Shown one piece after another: positions 17,810 through 26,630 of a stretch of DNA of 64,000 nt. Made by a program: the position numbers and the translations under genes. How positions within the stretch are numbered: position 1 is the stretch's first letter; the number at the start of each line of letters is the position of its first letter. Source of the stretch: a virus; the IMG/VR virus record IMGVR_UViG_3300031552_000001, positions 32,001-96,000 of that record; one strand, given 5' to 3'. The notes under the pieces were generated by a model, which searched no databases, was not told the origin of the DNA, and worked only from the letters and a program-made list of their open reading frames with translations.

Positions 17810-18592
17810 TTACTCCTCTCCTTCAAACTTCGCATCCTTCACGACTTGCGAGAAGGTGGACTCTGGAGGTTGTGTACTCACAGGATGGACAGGCCGCCCA
17901 TAAATAGACGCCCGGCGAATCTGCGCAGCTTCTCCTGCGCTAAACCGTTTACCGGCTGGTGATACGTTCATTGTCATAAACATTTGCCTAAACGTTACCG
18001 ATGGGTCTCTTATAAGCCACTGGGGCTGCCAATAGAACGGGATAGTTACCACCCGGGATATGATCTTCTCTTCGGGCAGTGGGCCCGTGTATGCGGTAGG
18101 ACCCGACTCGGGAGATATGGCATGGTTCATCCCTACTTGATGTAAGCCGCCCCCTTTTATGATAATACGCCTATATACGTTAGTGGCATAGGAACAATAC
18201 CAAGCTATTCTACTTGCAAGTAGCCCATCTCTGCTTTGACAGTGATAGGTCATTGTCGAGGGAAATAGGTCTGTATGGGTTCTTTCTCCCGTCGACATCA
18301 CCTTTTGCCGCATAAGCTGGTCTATAGCTAAAACAGCCCACTTACCTTCCCCAAACACACATGTTATGTGTGGTTTTTTCTCTACAGCCTCTAACCTAGG
18401 CTTCTGGTCGGTAATAATGAGTTCTGTAGTCTCTTCGTTAGGCCTCCACTTCCAGCCCGTTCCCTCTGGAGCCTCTCGAAAATAGTTCTGCAAAAAATAC
18501 ACGAACACCCGCGTGATTTGCAGCATGGGGTCTTCCGCGAGGCTCAGGTCTGAGCCCCTCTCATACCCTCTAACTGTTTCGCTTGACGGCAT
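17810..18592 (-). CDS. Probable tail terminator / tail completion protein
   Basis: Immediately upstream of the sheath gene; size and beta-rich pattern fit. Positional inference. Confidence 0.5.
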   Translation of the reverse strand: MPSSETVRGYERGSDLSLAEDPMLQITRVFVYFLQNYFREAPEGTGWKWRPNEETTELIITDQKPRLEAVEKKPHITCVFGEGKWAVLAIDQLMRQKVMSTGERTHTDLFPSTMTYHCQSRDGLLASRIAWYCSYATNVYRRIIIKGGGLHQVGMNHAISPESGPTAYTGPLPEEKIISRVVTIPFYWQPQWLIRDPSVTFRQMFMTMNVSPAGKRFSAGEAAQIRRASIYGRPVHPVSTQPPESTFSQVVKDAKFEGEE

Positions 18593-18926
18593 TCTGCTCT
18601 ACCTGATTCGCTCTTCTAAGAGCTTCCATAGTTGCGAACGAGCTAAGAGCTCCTAGTACCCCTATCGCCTTTCCTACTCGAGCTTTAGTAGTTGCGCTCC
18701 ACGGTTGAGGTAAAAGCCTAGAAAGATACTTATGGCCCAAAACGGCACCCCCTGCTGCTCCTAAACCGTACCCTAAACCGTACCCTATTCCACTTTTGAG
18801 CCGCTTCTTTACTTGCAGACCTAAATTAGGTTGAAAGGACACCCCTTCCTCATTAGATTTTTCCGCCTCCTCTGCCTCCTTAATAAGCAGCAGTTCTTCA
18901 ACAAATGACGAAAAACTTGGAGACAT
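18570..18926 (-). CDS. Small virion-type protein with SFVEEL..IKEA leader and glycine-zipper hydrophobic segments
   Basis: GIGYGLGYGLGAAGGAVLG; shared N-terminal motif. Confidence 0.7.
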   Translation of the reverse strand: MSPSFSSFVEELLLIKEAEEAEKSNEEGVSFQPNLGLQVKKRLKSGIGYGLGYGLGAAGGAVLGHKYLSRLLPQPWSATTKARVGKAIGVLGALSSFATMEALRRANQVEQNAVKRNS

Positions 18927-18928
18927 TT

Positions 18929-19807
18929 CTACTCTTCCAGAAGATCTTTTATGGGGGATACAAAGTCAGCTTGCGGACACATCGGCCTTGTCATCGATCG
19001 AGCCGGGGAGAACGAGCTAGATACGTCAAAGTTTACAGGCACCTTGAATTTGATATCATCCTTGGGTAGAGCCCACAGTTTCATTTCTTGCCGCACTACG
19101 CTTCTCAGTTTCTCAGTGACAGGAACGTCCTTAACCAACCACCGTTTGTTTTCAGCCTCTACAATCATATCCTTTGGTTTGATGGGCGGGAAGGCTGATG
19201 TTCTGGCAGTGGTCATTACGAACTGATGTTCTTCAAAGTCAGTCCTTTGCACACTTTTAGGAGAGGGGTCGATTTGTATGTAGAATCTTATAGGTTTCGC
19301 AAAGCCGCCGACGTAAGTGGTATCAAAACAGGTCGCACAATTTTGATGGGTAGCCCTGCCGATCGTATTACCTTTTGGCCCCAAGTCATAGCAGTTACTA
19401 CATCGTTGTCCGAAGGTGAGAGCAGGAAACAAGAACGCTACTCTTCCCGTAAACTCCTGGAGCAAAAGAGACTCTCTTCTTCGAAATTCTAAGCCCAAAA
19501 GATCTGGCTCTGCCTCTAACCAAACAGGACCAAATTCTTGTGTCTCTCCAGTTTCGCGTAAAACAGAACGTATCTTGTAATAGTAGTTTCTCCAACGATG
19601 GAACTGGTGAACTCCAGGGTCTCTAAAAGAGTACGTATTGTAGAAAGGGCCCGCTATCACACTGAAAGGCCCAGCGGCTCCGTCTACGCTCCGAAGAACG
19701 TAAAAATCGTAACCCTCTAGCTCTTCGGTAGTATCCGCAATCTCCCAAAATAAATCCAGGTAGTCGATGGAGAATGAGCGGACATAGAGTTTAGTTACCG
19801 TAATCAT
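18929..19807 (-). CDS. Probable neck / head-closure protein with N-terminal beta-sandwich and Zn finger
   Basis: FN3-like N-terminus (LDLFWE...YVLRS...YYKIRSV). QRCSNC...CATCFDTTYVGGF Zn motif. Located between head and tail genes. Confidence 0.6.
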   Translation of the reverse strand: MITVTKLYVRSFSIDYLDLFWEIADTTEELEGYDFYVLRSVDGAAGPFSVIAGPFYNTYSFRDPGVHQFHRWRNYYYKIRSVLRETGETQEFGPVWLEAEPDLLGLEFRRRESLLLQEFTGRVAFLFPALTFGQRCSNCYDLGPKGNTIGRATHQNCATCFDTTYVGGFAKPIRFYIQIDPSPKSVQRTDFEEHQFVMTTARTSAFPPIKPKDMIVEAENKRWLVKDVPVTEKLRSVVRQEMKLWALPKDDIKFKVPVNFDVSSSFSPARSMTRPMCPQADFVSPIKDLLEE

Positions 19808-20143
19808 CTAGCCGCCAAACATACGAGTTAGCCAACCCTTCTTAAACCGATTCAAGACAATCTTACGATATTCAGGCTTCATACTCTCAAGTATGCTGAC
19901 TGTAATATTGGGGTTGTCTATTGCCTCCTGTATGCCTCTTTTGAAGCCAAACATCGCCCGATCAATGTTACCCGATGAGGTTAAACCTCCAGTCAGAGCG
20001 CCCATACTGGCTCCAGTGGCCCCGCCTACAAGAGCATTACGAAACCTGTTTTCGCCCTCGCCGGTAATAGCCCCAACTGTCGCGCCTCCAGCTCCACCTA
20101 AAGCGACGCCTTTTGCTACGGGGGTTGATAGGACACTGGTCAA
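19808..20143 (-). CDS. Glycine-zipper protein (TTG start, or frameshift extension of the upstream gene)
   Basis: ALGGAGGATVGAITG...ALVGGATGASMGALTGG. No strong RBS. Confidence 0.55.
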   Translation of the reverse strand: MTSVLSTPVAKGVALGGAGGATVGAITGEGENRFRNALVGGATGASMGALTGGLTSSGNIDRAMFGFKRGIQEAIDNPNITVSILESMKPEYRKIVLNRFKKGWLTRMFGG

Positions 20144-20178
20144 GGTATTAAGTACCCCGCCCGTTTTAGCCAGTGCCC

Positions 20179-22068
20179 CTACTGAGGGCCCTCTTCACTC
20201 TCTCTAGGAAACTGATTTGCCCCAAACCCTTGAGTAAGACCCTGGACGTATCCATGCCCCGCTCCGGCACCAAACGCTCTGCGCGCTCGAAGCATCGACA
20301 AAAGCTTATCGGCTACCGCTTCTTCGGCACCTTCTGCCTGACCAACTCTTCTACCATACAGACCGCCGAGCGCGGCTCCGCCTAATGCGCCTACTCCGGC
20401 AGCTAGAGGAGCTTTAGCTTTCAAAAGCTTACCCACACCAAAACCAGCGCCTGCTCCTAGAGCCCCGCCTCCTAGTCCTCCGGCAACAGTGCCTCGCCTA
20501 CCCCACTGCTGAGCTCTTCCCTCTATGTCCTCTCGCTCTTGAGCGTTTTGAATAGCCTCTTCTATCTCTCCTGGGCTTAGAGCAGGCTGGCCGGTTACGT
20601 TAGGCATGAAAGTACCTTCAGCCATTTTTGCCATTATTCTGCCCGCCGCGTCACCTACTTCCATCAAAGAAGAGACTTTGGCGGCCCCGCTCTTGTCTAA
20701 ATACTTCTTTCCCTTTTGCGCCGCAAGCCAACCAGGATCCGTGGTTCCTTCCGCTTCTGCCTGTTGTACTATTCTTTCTACTTCTTCGGGTGTGGCGGGC
20801 CTCCCTTCTGGCTCATCTATAAAACTTGCGGGGAGGCCCATACCGAATGCAGCGCCCAATAGGCCTCCGGCAACACCTCCACCAAAAGTCCTAGCAATTC
20901 TACTGGGCAAAGTCCTGCCCCCTTTATATCCTAAATATCCTCCAAGACTGCTTCCCGCTAGACCTCCAAGAATTGATCCTACATTCAAGGAGCGCAATTG
21001 TTTTTCAGAAAAATGCCTAAACTGCTTATCGTCCGCTGTCTTAGATTGATTAGATGCCAAAGCCCCCACACCAAAGCCCGCCGCTCCAGCGGTTCCCATA
21101 GCTACCCCCGGATGGGCCTTAGCCGTTTGCATGACGGATTTACCCACTCCTGCGCCGCCCTGCCTGGCAGCTTGAAATGTACCAGCCACTTGTTGAGCTT
21201 TTCCCTTAGCTGCCCCTATAGCGGGCTTAACCGCGCTTACTGCTTTGGAGCCTATGCTCTTCAAAGCCGGTACCGCTGCACTAAGGTTGAAAGCAAGTTT
21301 AGTGTACCCGTCCTTCTCAAGCTTAACAAGCGCCTTATCTATATCACCCCCACAGCTGCCAAAAGCAGCAGCAAAGCATTCAACGGATGCAGACTTGTCT
21401 TTCGTTAAAGGGCCCTTATAGGGAGGACCTTGATGTTGCTTACCAGGCTTGCCTTGGCGAGAGGCGATTCTAGCCTTCATACCTGCCGGCATGTCCGGGT
21501 GATCGCGCTTCAAAGCGCTGTAAATCTCTTTTACTTTCTTAGGGCGATCTTGCTCAGTAAAATGAGGCATGTCCCTTTTGGCGGCCGTTTTGTAGTTAGG
21601 CAAAATTTGCGCTACCGAGGGGGCGTTAGTGGCCAAGTTTTTCAAACCCCCTACTGTCTTACCTGCGCCTTTAGCTAGCTTGGCCGCTCCGGGTATGGGA
21701 ATAGCGGCTGTTTTTGCCCCAACAGGGATTCCCATTGGGCCTTTTCCTTTTCCGCGCCCTTTTCCTTTACCTTCTCCTTGAGAACGGAGCTTACCCCCAG
21801 GGCAAGAGGCAGCAGCTTTCTTTACTCTTCCGCACTCGCACTGAAAGATACTTCCAAGCTTTGTCATCTGCCCCCCGCAGCCGCCACAGACATCTTCTGG
21901 CAAAGCCACCCCTGCCAACTTGGCTAGCTCCTCCACAGAAGCCGATTTTAAAAAGCGAGCGTCTTCCTCTTCTCGAGCAGCTTTCTTAGCCAACTCTTCT
22001 AAATGAGCGTCGAGCCTGCGTTGAGTTCCCGCATACTTTACCAATTCTTCAATGTAACTCTCAAGCAT
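20179..22068 (-). CDS. Modular head/ejection polyprotein (KxA-delimited modules, Zn ribbon, several glycine zippers)
   Basis: Leader SYIEELVKYA. CGGCG...CECG. Module RDMPHFTEQDRP.KVKEIY.AL.RDHP. Three GxxxG-rich hydrophobic tracts. Confidence 0.75.
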   Translation of the reverse strand: MLESYIEELVKYAGTQRRLDAHLEELAKKAAREEEDARFLKSASVEELAKLAGVALPEDVCGGCGGQMTKLGSIFQCECGRVKKAAASCPGGKLRSQGEGKGKGRGKGKGPMGIPVGAKTAAIPIPGAAKLAKGAGKTVGGLKNLATNAPSVAQILPNYKTAAKRDMPHFTEQDRPKKVKEIYSALKRDHPDMPAGMKARIASRQGKPGKQHQGPPYKGPLTKDKSASVECFAAAFGSCGGDIDKALVKLEKDGYTKLAFNLSAAVPALKSIGSKAVSAVKPAIGAAKGKAQQVAGTFQAARQGGAGVGKSVMQTAKAHPGVAMGTAGAAGFGVGALASNQSKTADDKQFRHFSEKQLRSLNVGSILGGLAGSSLGGYLGYKGGRTLPSRIARTFGGGVAGGLLGAAFGMGLPASFIDEPEGRPATPEEVERIVQQAEAEGTTDPGWLAAQKGKKYLDKSGAAKVSSLMEVGDAAGRIMAKMAEGTFMPNVTGQPALSPGEIEEAIQNAQEREDIEGRAQQWGRRGTVAGGLGGGALGAGAGFGVGKLLKAKAPLAAGVGALGGAALGGLYGRRVGQAEGAEEAVADKLLSMLRARRAFGAGAGHGYVQGLTQGFGANQFPRESEEGPQ

Positions 22069-23626
22069 AGTAGTCTCCGTGCTCTAAATGATTGGAATGA
22101 CCCGCCGCAGCAGAGCTTCCTAACCCTACCCCGCTAAGAATGGCCGCTCCTCGAAGATAGTTACCTACGTTAGTAGAGTCTTTGGCCGCCTCTTCTACGA
22201 CTTTTCCAGAAGCAGATGAAGGAGCCCTCTTGGTTGCATTGCGGATAGAGGATAATATGCCTGCTTTTTTAAGAATGCCGTCCGCCCACGACACATAAAA
22301 GCTCGCGACCTCTTGTTCTTTAGAGGGAGAGCTAAAAGCTAGCTTCTGTATGTTTGGGAAGTTTGTAGCTACTTTTAAGGCCAAGTGCCAGGGATCTAAC
22401 CCACTGGCTTCTGCAAGCTTACAAAAACCTTGACCCAGTCCTTCTTTGTCCGAAAAGCTCTTATCCAAGCTATAATTAAAGAACTCTAGCGCCGCGTGTT
22501 TTTGAAGAGGAGGGCCATACTTTTGGTAGAGAAGCCCTAACGCATGATCTAAAGAAGCCTGCTTGATGTCGTCCTTACATCTAGCATCTGCCACCTTTGC
22601 CTTAGCCGACTTTTGTTTTGTGAGTAGCTCTCCTTTAGGCTTACCCCTCAGCGCGCCATAAATAGAGCTGCCAGCTAACCCCCCGGAAACTCCGCCTACT
22701 ACGGCCCCACCATAGCCTTGTGTGATCTTACTGAGGAGAGTACTGCCTGTCCTCTGCCCCAGGTAACCTAACAGCCCTCCCCCAATAAGACCACCGGCTC
22801 CCCTTGCTATCAACTCTGCAAGATCCTGCCTCGAAGAAATTGGTTTTGTACTTGGGGCTTCAGCTATCTTATCGACTCGGGCATTTGAGCTCATGGCCTC
22901 ATCCTCCATCTTCTCTAAACGGGTGTAGTAATCGGGAATTTCAGACAAATGATCTCTAGCTATTTCTTTAGCTACCAAAGGAGACTGCGTGTGCTCTTTC
23001 TCTATCTTCTTTCCCATAGCTAATTGCTTAGAAGAGAAGTCAGAGTTAGGACGATAGTCGGCCTTACCTCCCGTAAGGGCTTCTTTAGCCGCTTTGATAA
23101 AGGCCACCTTGTCCGCTAACGAAGCAGTAATAGCTCCTGCCCCTAAGCCCCCTGCTCCGGCGCCTATCTCCAAACCAGTTCGGTATCGCTGCAATACATT
23201 TCTGCCCTCCTCGGCTGCCGCTCCTGTAAGGGGGGCCCCCTTCTTCCATCCTAGTCCTACAAGTTTCTTAGCGACCGGCTTGCCTAATATATGCTGACTA
23301 GCTTTTCGTGCGCCAATACCTCCTGCCGCACCGAGAGCAGCGCCCGTTAAGGCGCCGCGAAGCTTACCCCCCTCTCTAGAACTCGCAGCCCCAGCAAGTC
23401 CTCCCAAACCAGCCCCAGTCAGGCCCGCAGCGAGCCTTCCAAACCCCTCTTTGAGCATTTCGCTGCCTTTTTTCTCGGTATCCGCCTTAGAACTTTGAGG
23501 CATCTTACGGACGGCGAGCATGATAACGTCATCTAAAGCAGGTGCTGCCTTTTCTGCCATCTCTAAAAAAGAGGCTTTTTTAACGCGCAATCCAGCCTTG
23601 TCTAAGTAATCGCCCCACTTTCCCAT
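22061..23626 (-). CDS. Modular head/ejection polyprotein containing a DUF5661-like module and glycine zippers
   Basis: QLAMGKKIEKEHT...AKEIARDHLSEIPDYYTRLEKME resembles DUF5661. Many KxA motifs. Confidence 0.75.
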   Translation of the reverse strand: MGKWGDYLDKAGLRVKKASFLEMAEKAAPALDDVIMLAVRKMPQSSKADTEKKGSEMLKEGFGRLAAGLTGAGLGGLAGAASSREGGKLRGALTGAALGAAGGIGARKASQHILGKPVAKKLVGLGWKKGAPLTGAAAEEGRNVLQRYRTGLEIGAGAGGLGAGAITASLADKVAFIKAAKEALTGGKADYRPNSDFSSKQLAMGKKIEKEHTQSPLVAKEIARDHLSEIPDYYTRLEKMEDEAMSSNARVDKIAEAPSTKPISSRQDLAELIARGAGGLIGGGLLGYLGQRTGSTLLSKITQGYGGAVVGGVSGGLAGSSIYGALRGKPKGELLTKQKSAKAKVADARCKDDIKQASLDHALGLLYQKYGPPLQKHAALEFFNYSLDKSFSDKEGLGQGFCKLAEASGLDPWHLALKVATNFPNIQKLAFSSPSKEQEVASFYVSWADGILKKAGILSSIRNATKRAPSSASGKVVEEAAKDSTNVGNYLRGAAILSGVGLGSSAAAGHSNHLEHGDYYA

Positions 23627-23638
23627 TAAAATCTCCGA

Positions 23639-23770
23639 CTATGCCCAAAAGAGAAGTATATACTTGCCGGGACGTTCAAAGATTGCTTGTATGTTAGAAG
23701 GGATGATGCTGTTATCATTCACAAAGCTCACAAGATCGCCAATCGACTCGAACATGTTGTAGTAAAGCAT
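23639..23770 (-). CDS. 43-aa small protein not in the ORF track (MLYYNMFESIGDLVSFVNDNSIIPSNIQAIFERPGKYILLFWA)
   Basis: ATG 23770 to TAG 23639; AAAGGAAG upstream; fills the intergenic gap. Confidence 0.5.
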   Translation of the reverse strand: MLYYNMFESIGDLVSFVNDNSIIPSNIQAIFERPGKYILLFWA

Positions 23771-23891
23771 AAAGGCTTCCTTTTTCTACAAAGAGGTCAA
23801 TAAATTACCTTACGCTCTGTAGATGGGGGTGAGTGTACCCTTTCTCTTTTACTGATAGAAGCCATAGCAGCAAACTAAATCTTCGCCCCTT

Positions 23892-24416
23892 TTACACATA
23901 GCCAAAAAAAGCGTTCACAAAATACAGCTCGCTGTGTACCCCACTTCGATTAGGCCCAAGCAGGTTTTCTATATTTATGGCCACCAAAATTCTCTGCTTC
24001 TTCCGTTCGTACTCTGACTTCATCATGCTTATCCAAGATGCAATAAGCTGGGGGTTTTCTGTTTGTACGTTCTGCCCTCCGTCTGAGTATGAAATGTGAT
24101 TACGAAGATGTAAGATACCCAAAGACTCAAGGGCGGTGATTACCACCCCTCGAGTAAAGACGCTGACGAACCCTCGTTCTATTATCATTTGGAGATCTTG
24201 CCCTATGAACGGAGGGGTCGACATCCAATCGCTAAGGGTATCAATAACCGCCCACTGTAAATGTCTTGGACTATGATCGTACCCTGCTGTAAGACGATTC
24301 AATTCAGGATAATCCCGCATGAATCTACGGGTGTATTCTGCAAGCTTTTTTATGAGAGGATCGTTTAGTTCAACGAACCCGGAGGTTGTTCCTTCGTCTG
24401 TGATAGCATAGGTCAC
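23892..24416 (-). CDS. Probable head-tail adaptor protein
   Basis: Helical ~170-aa protein (RRFMRDYPELNRL...WAVIDTLSDW...) a few genes downstream of MCP. Positional inference. Confidence 0.55.
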   Translation of the reverse strand: MTYAITDEGTTSGFVELNDPLIKKLAEYTRRFMRDYPELNRLTAGYDHSPRHLQWAVIDTLSDWMSTPPFIGQDLQMIIERGFVSVFTRGVVITALESLGILHLRNHISYSDGGQNVQTENPQLIASWISMMKSEYERKKQRILVAINIENLLGPNRSGVHSELYFVNAFFGYV

Positions 24417-24419
24417 TTG

Positions 24420-24863
24420 TTACCACCGCCTGTTGCCCTTCTTGCCCCGCTCCTTGTGTTTGATGCCTTCTGCGGATTCTTCAGACTCAATAGGCTCGGA
24501 CGCTTCTTCTTCTTCAATTTGAGGAGCTTCTTTTTCCTCAATCTCTACCGGAACTTCTTTAGCGGGTGCTGCTTCCTCCTTCGAGGGCTCCTCCTTTGAA
24601 GGCTCGGGTTTCGGGCTCGTTCTATGATGCTCGGCCTTCACCACGATCTTTTTCGTTTTCTGCAAATAAGAAGGAGGTTCTTTTCCGACATACAAGAGCT
24701 TGCCTATCTCGTCCTTATGAATTTTGTGAGCCGTCTTCAACAGCTCCTCATCCACTTGCATGGATTTCCCTGGGTACAGTAGTTTCCCTAAAACCAGAAG
24801 GTTTTGTGGCACTACCGGCGTAGCCGGATTGTTGGTGACGTTCCAAATACGGGTCATTGCCAT
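24420..24863 (-). CDS. Hypothetical protein with Glu/Lys-rich disordered tail
   Basis: Intact ORF in operon. Confidence 0.65.
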   Translation of the reverse strand: MAMTRIWNVTNNPATPVVPQNLLVLGKLLYPGKSMQVDEELLKTAHKIHKDEIGKLLYVGKEPPSYLQKTKKIVVKAEHHRTSPKPEPSKEEPSKEEAAPAKEVPVEIEEKEAPQIEEEEASEPIESEESAEGIKHKERGKKGNRRW

Positions 24864-24866
24864 AAC

Positions 24867-25736
24867 TTACTCCTGCTCCTCTGCTTCAGCAGCATCCAGA
24901 ATGGCGTCGATTACCGCCTGTTTGTTGGACAGCTTTTCGGGAGACTCGACTCCGTAAAGAGTAGCCATTTCGTTAAGCTCGTTACGGCTTTGCTGACGGA
25001 GATCTTCTTCTGACAGGACAGTGGAGTCCTCGTCATTTACTTCCTCTTCTTCGGCTTTTGCAGCTTCGTCTTCCTCTTGAGACCAATTCTTCCCCGGGTC
25101 TTCATCTTCGCCCTGACTTTCGTTAGCAGGGGCCTCTTGGTTTTCTTGAGTCGTAGGTTTACCTTCGGGATCTTTTAGGTCTTCACCGTTGGGATCTTCG
25201 TTGGGATCTTCTTTTTCTTCCCACACTTTCTTATCTGTCGTATCGGCGAAAAGAGGCTCGAGAAGCGTTTTGTCGATTTTTAAGTCATCCTTGTAGTCCT
25301 TAGAGAGCCTGGCTCCCAAGTCCGCAAGTTGATCTACAGTAAGCGCCTGTAGACTGTCAGGTCTGCAAATTTCTGCAGTGCCGGACCGTACACTAGCAAG
25401 CAGTGTATTGAAATTACGAAAAAGGTCTGTAAACGACACTTCAGTGTACCTATCGCCCTTACAACGAATATGACGGCCGTCATCTAACATCAAGCGCTGT
25501 TTTCTCTGACCAGGTCGGCCGGCACGATGAACCTTGGTTCTGGCACTGTACCCTAAATGCCTAACCATGACGTAATCCAAGGGCCGAGGCTTAGCCTCCT
25601 TAACCTCTTCTTTGGCAGAAGGGTTCTTCTCATACTTCTCTTCCTCAGGAGCATAGCCTTCTTCTGGTCTAGAAACTTCCTCGTTGCTCACCACACCCTC
25701 TTGTTTCTGAAGGGGTTCTTCATTTACCGATACCAT
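24867..25736 (-). CDS. Acidic protein with C-terminal Rho-N/HeH-like helical domain
   Basis: EEDLRQQSRNELNEMATLYGV...NKQAVIDAIL at the C-terminus. Confidence 0.6.
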   Translation of the reverse strand: MVSVNEEPLQKQEGVVSNEEVSRPEEGYAPEEEKYEKNPSAKEEVKEAKPRPLDYVMVRHLGYSARTKVHRAGRPGQRKQRLMLDDGRHIRCKGDRYTEVSFTDLFRNFNTLLASVRSGTAEICRPDSLQALTVDQLADLGARLSKDYKDDLKIDKTLLEPLFADTTDKKVWEEKEDPNEDPNGEDLKDPEGKPTTQENQEAPANESQGEDEDPGKNWSQEEDEAAKAEEEEVNDEDSTVLSEEDLRQQSRNELNEMATLYGVESPEKLSNKQAVIDAILDAAEAEEQE

Positions 25737-25737
25737 T

Positions 25738-26568
25738 TTAGGCCTCCTTTAGGCGGCGCTCAGTTTCATGAGGGCACTCACCAAAATGCGCTTTGGCACA
25801 ATTGCAGTTCCAGCATAACACTTGGAACCCGGGTGGGTAGCTGTTGTTCTTGAGCCACCGATACATCTCCACCACATAACCGTGCTTCTTCTTAATAGAG
25901 CGTCTATGCTCTGCGCCATCATTATTAACATGGTCGATAGTAAGAAATTCGAAAATAGTTTCTCCGCAGCATGCACAGACAGGGCCACCATAGGCGTCGA
26001 ATGCTTGAAGCTTAAGGAGCCTTTTTCTTTCTCTACCGACTGATCGGTTACGCTCTCCATTCTTATGGTATCTGTCCCTAGCTTTAGCCTTACAAGCTGA
26101 ACATAAGCTGATTTCAGTAGTCTTAAGAGGCTTACGGCAATGGAAGCACTTTCGATTTTCTTGAAGCTTAGCGTGGTATTCCTTAACGTAGCTTCGAGTG
26201 CACTCTTTACACCTAGTCCGGCCCGCAGCAGTAGATGAGGAGTAAAACTTCTCGATAGGCAAATATTGCTGATGCCCACTACACCACTGAGTGCCTTCTG
26301 AAGCAGCCCTCTTAATAAGTTCTTGCTCCGATAAAACGTAGTTCTTTTTATACCAGCGTTTGGTGTAGCTTCTGCACCTCTCGCAGTAAACCTTTCGGCC
26401 GTCGTTTCTAGGCTTGTTACATCTAGGGCAATACCCGGAAGATTTAAGACTCTCTCTACGCTTGTTGTACGTAGCTTTTCTACACGACTTGCACTGATTA
26501 TACCCCGGGTAGAAAGCATCGACCGCAAGCTCTTTTCCACAAGTTGAACAAACTTTCAATTCGAGCAT
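25738..26568 (-). CDS. Free-standing HNH-type homing endonuclease with multiple CxxC repeats
   Basis: CACCGETIFEFLTIDHVNNDG...GFQVLCWNCNCAK. Inserted directly after the MCP gene. Confidence 0.88.
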   Translation of the reverse strand: MLELKVCSTCGKELAVDAFYPGYNQCKSCRKATYNKRRESLKSSGYCPRCNKPRNDGRKVYCERCRSYTKRWYKKNYVLSEQELIKRAASEGTQWCSGHQQYLPIEKFYSSSTAAGRTRCKECTRSYVKEYHAKLQENRKCFHCRKPLKTTEISLCSACKAKARDRYHKNGERNRSVGRERKRLLKLQAFDAYGGPVCACCGETIFEFLTIDHVNNDGAEHRRSIKKKHGYVVEMYRWLKNNSYPPGFQVLCWNCNCAKAHFGECPHETERRLKEA

Positions 26569-26602
26569 GGCATAAGCCTCCTTCGAGGTCCTTATGCCAT
26601 GC
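26565..26602 (-). promoter_or_regulatory. RBS/start-sequestering hairpin of the HNH gene
   Basis: GCATGGCATAAG / CTTATGCCATGC perfect 12-bp stem enclosing CCTC-GAAG-GAGG. Covers AAGGAGG and the ATG at 26568. Confidence 0.8.
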
Positions 26603-26630
26603 CATACAATTACTTGTCACCCAGTATTGT

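Noticed and set aside
20179-20181. TAG read-through or alternative genetic code joining the 629-aa gene to the next ORF
   Set aside because: The downstream ORF is in the -1 frame, not in frame. All three stop codons end long intact genes across the window, so code 11 fits.
25749-26540. 263-aa same-strand ORF overlapping the HNH gene, and similar shadow ORFs (13417-14052, 61866-62720, 19893-20207, 38883-39482)
   Set aside because: They lie wholly over better-supported genes with clear motifs and RBSs and show no domain signatures.
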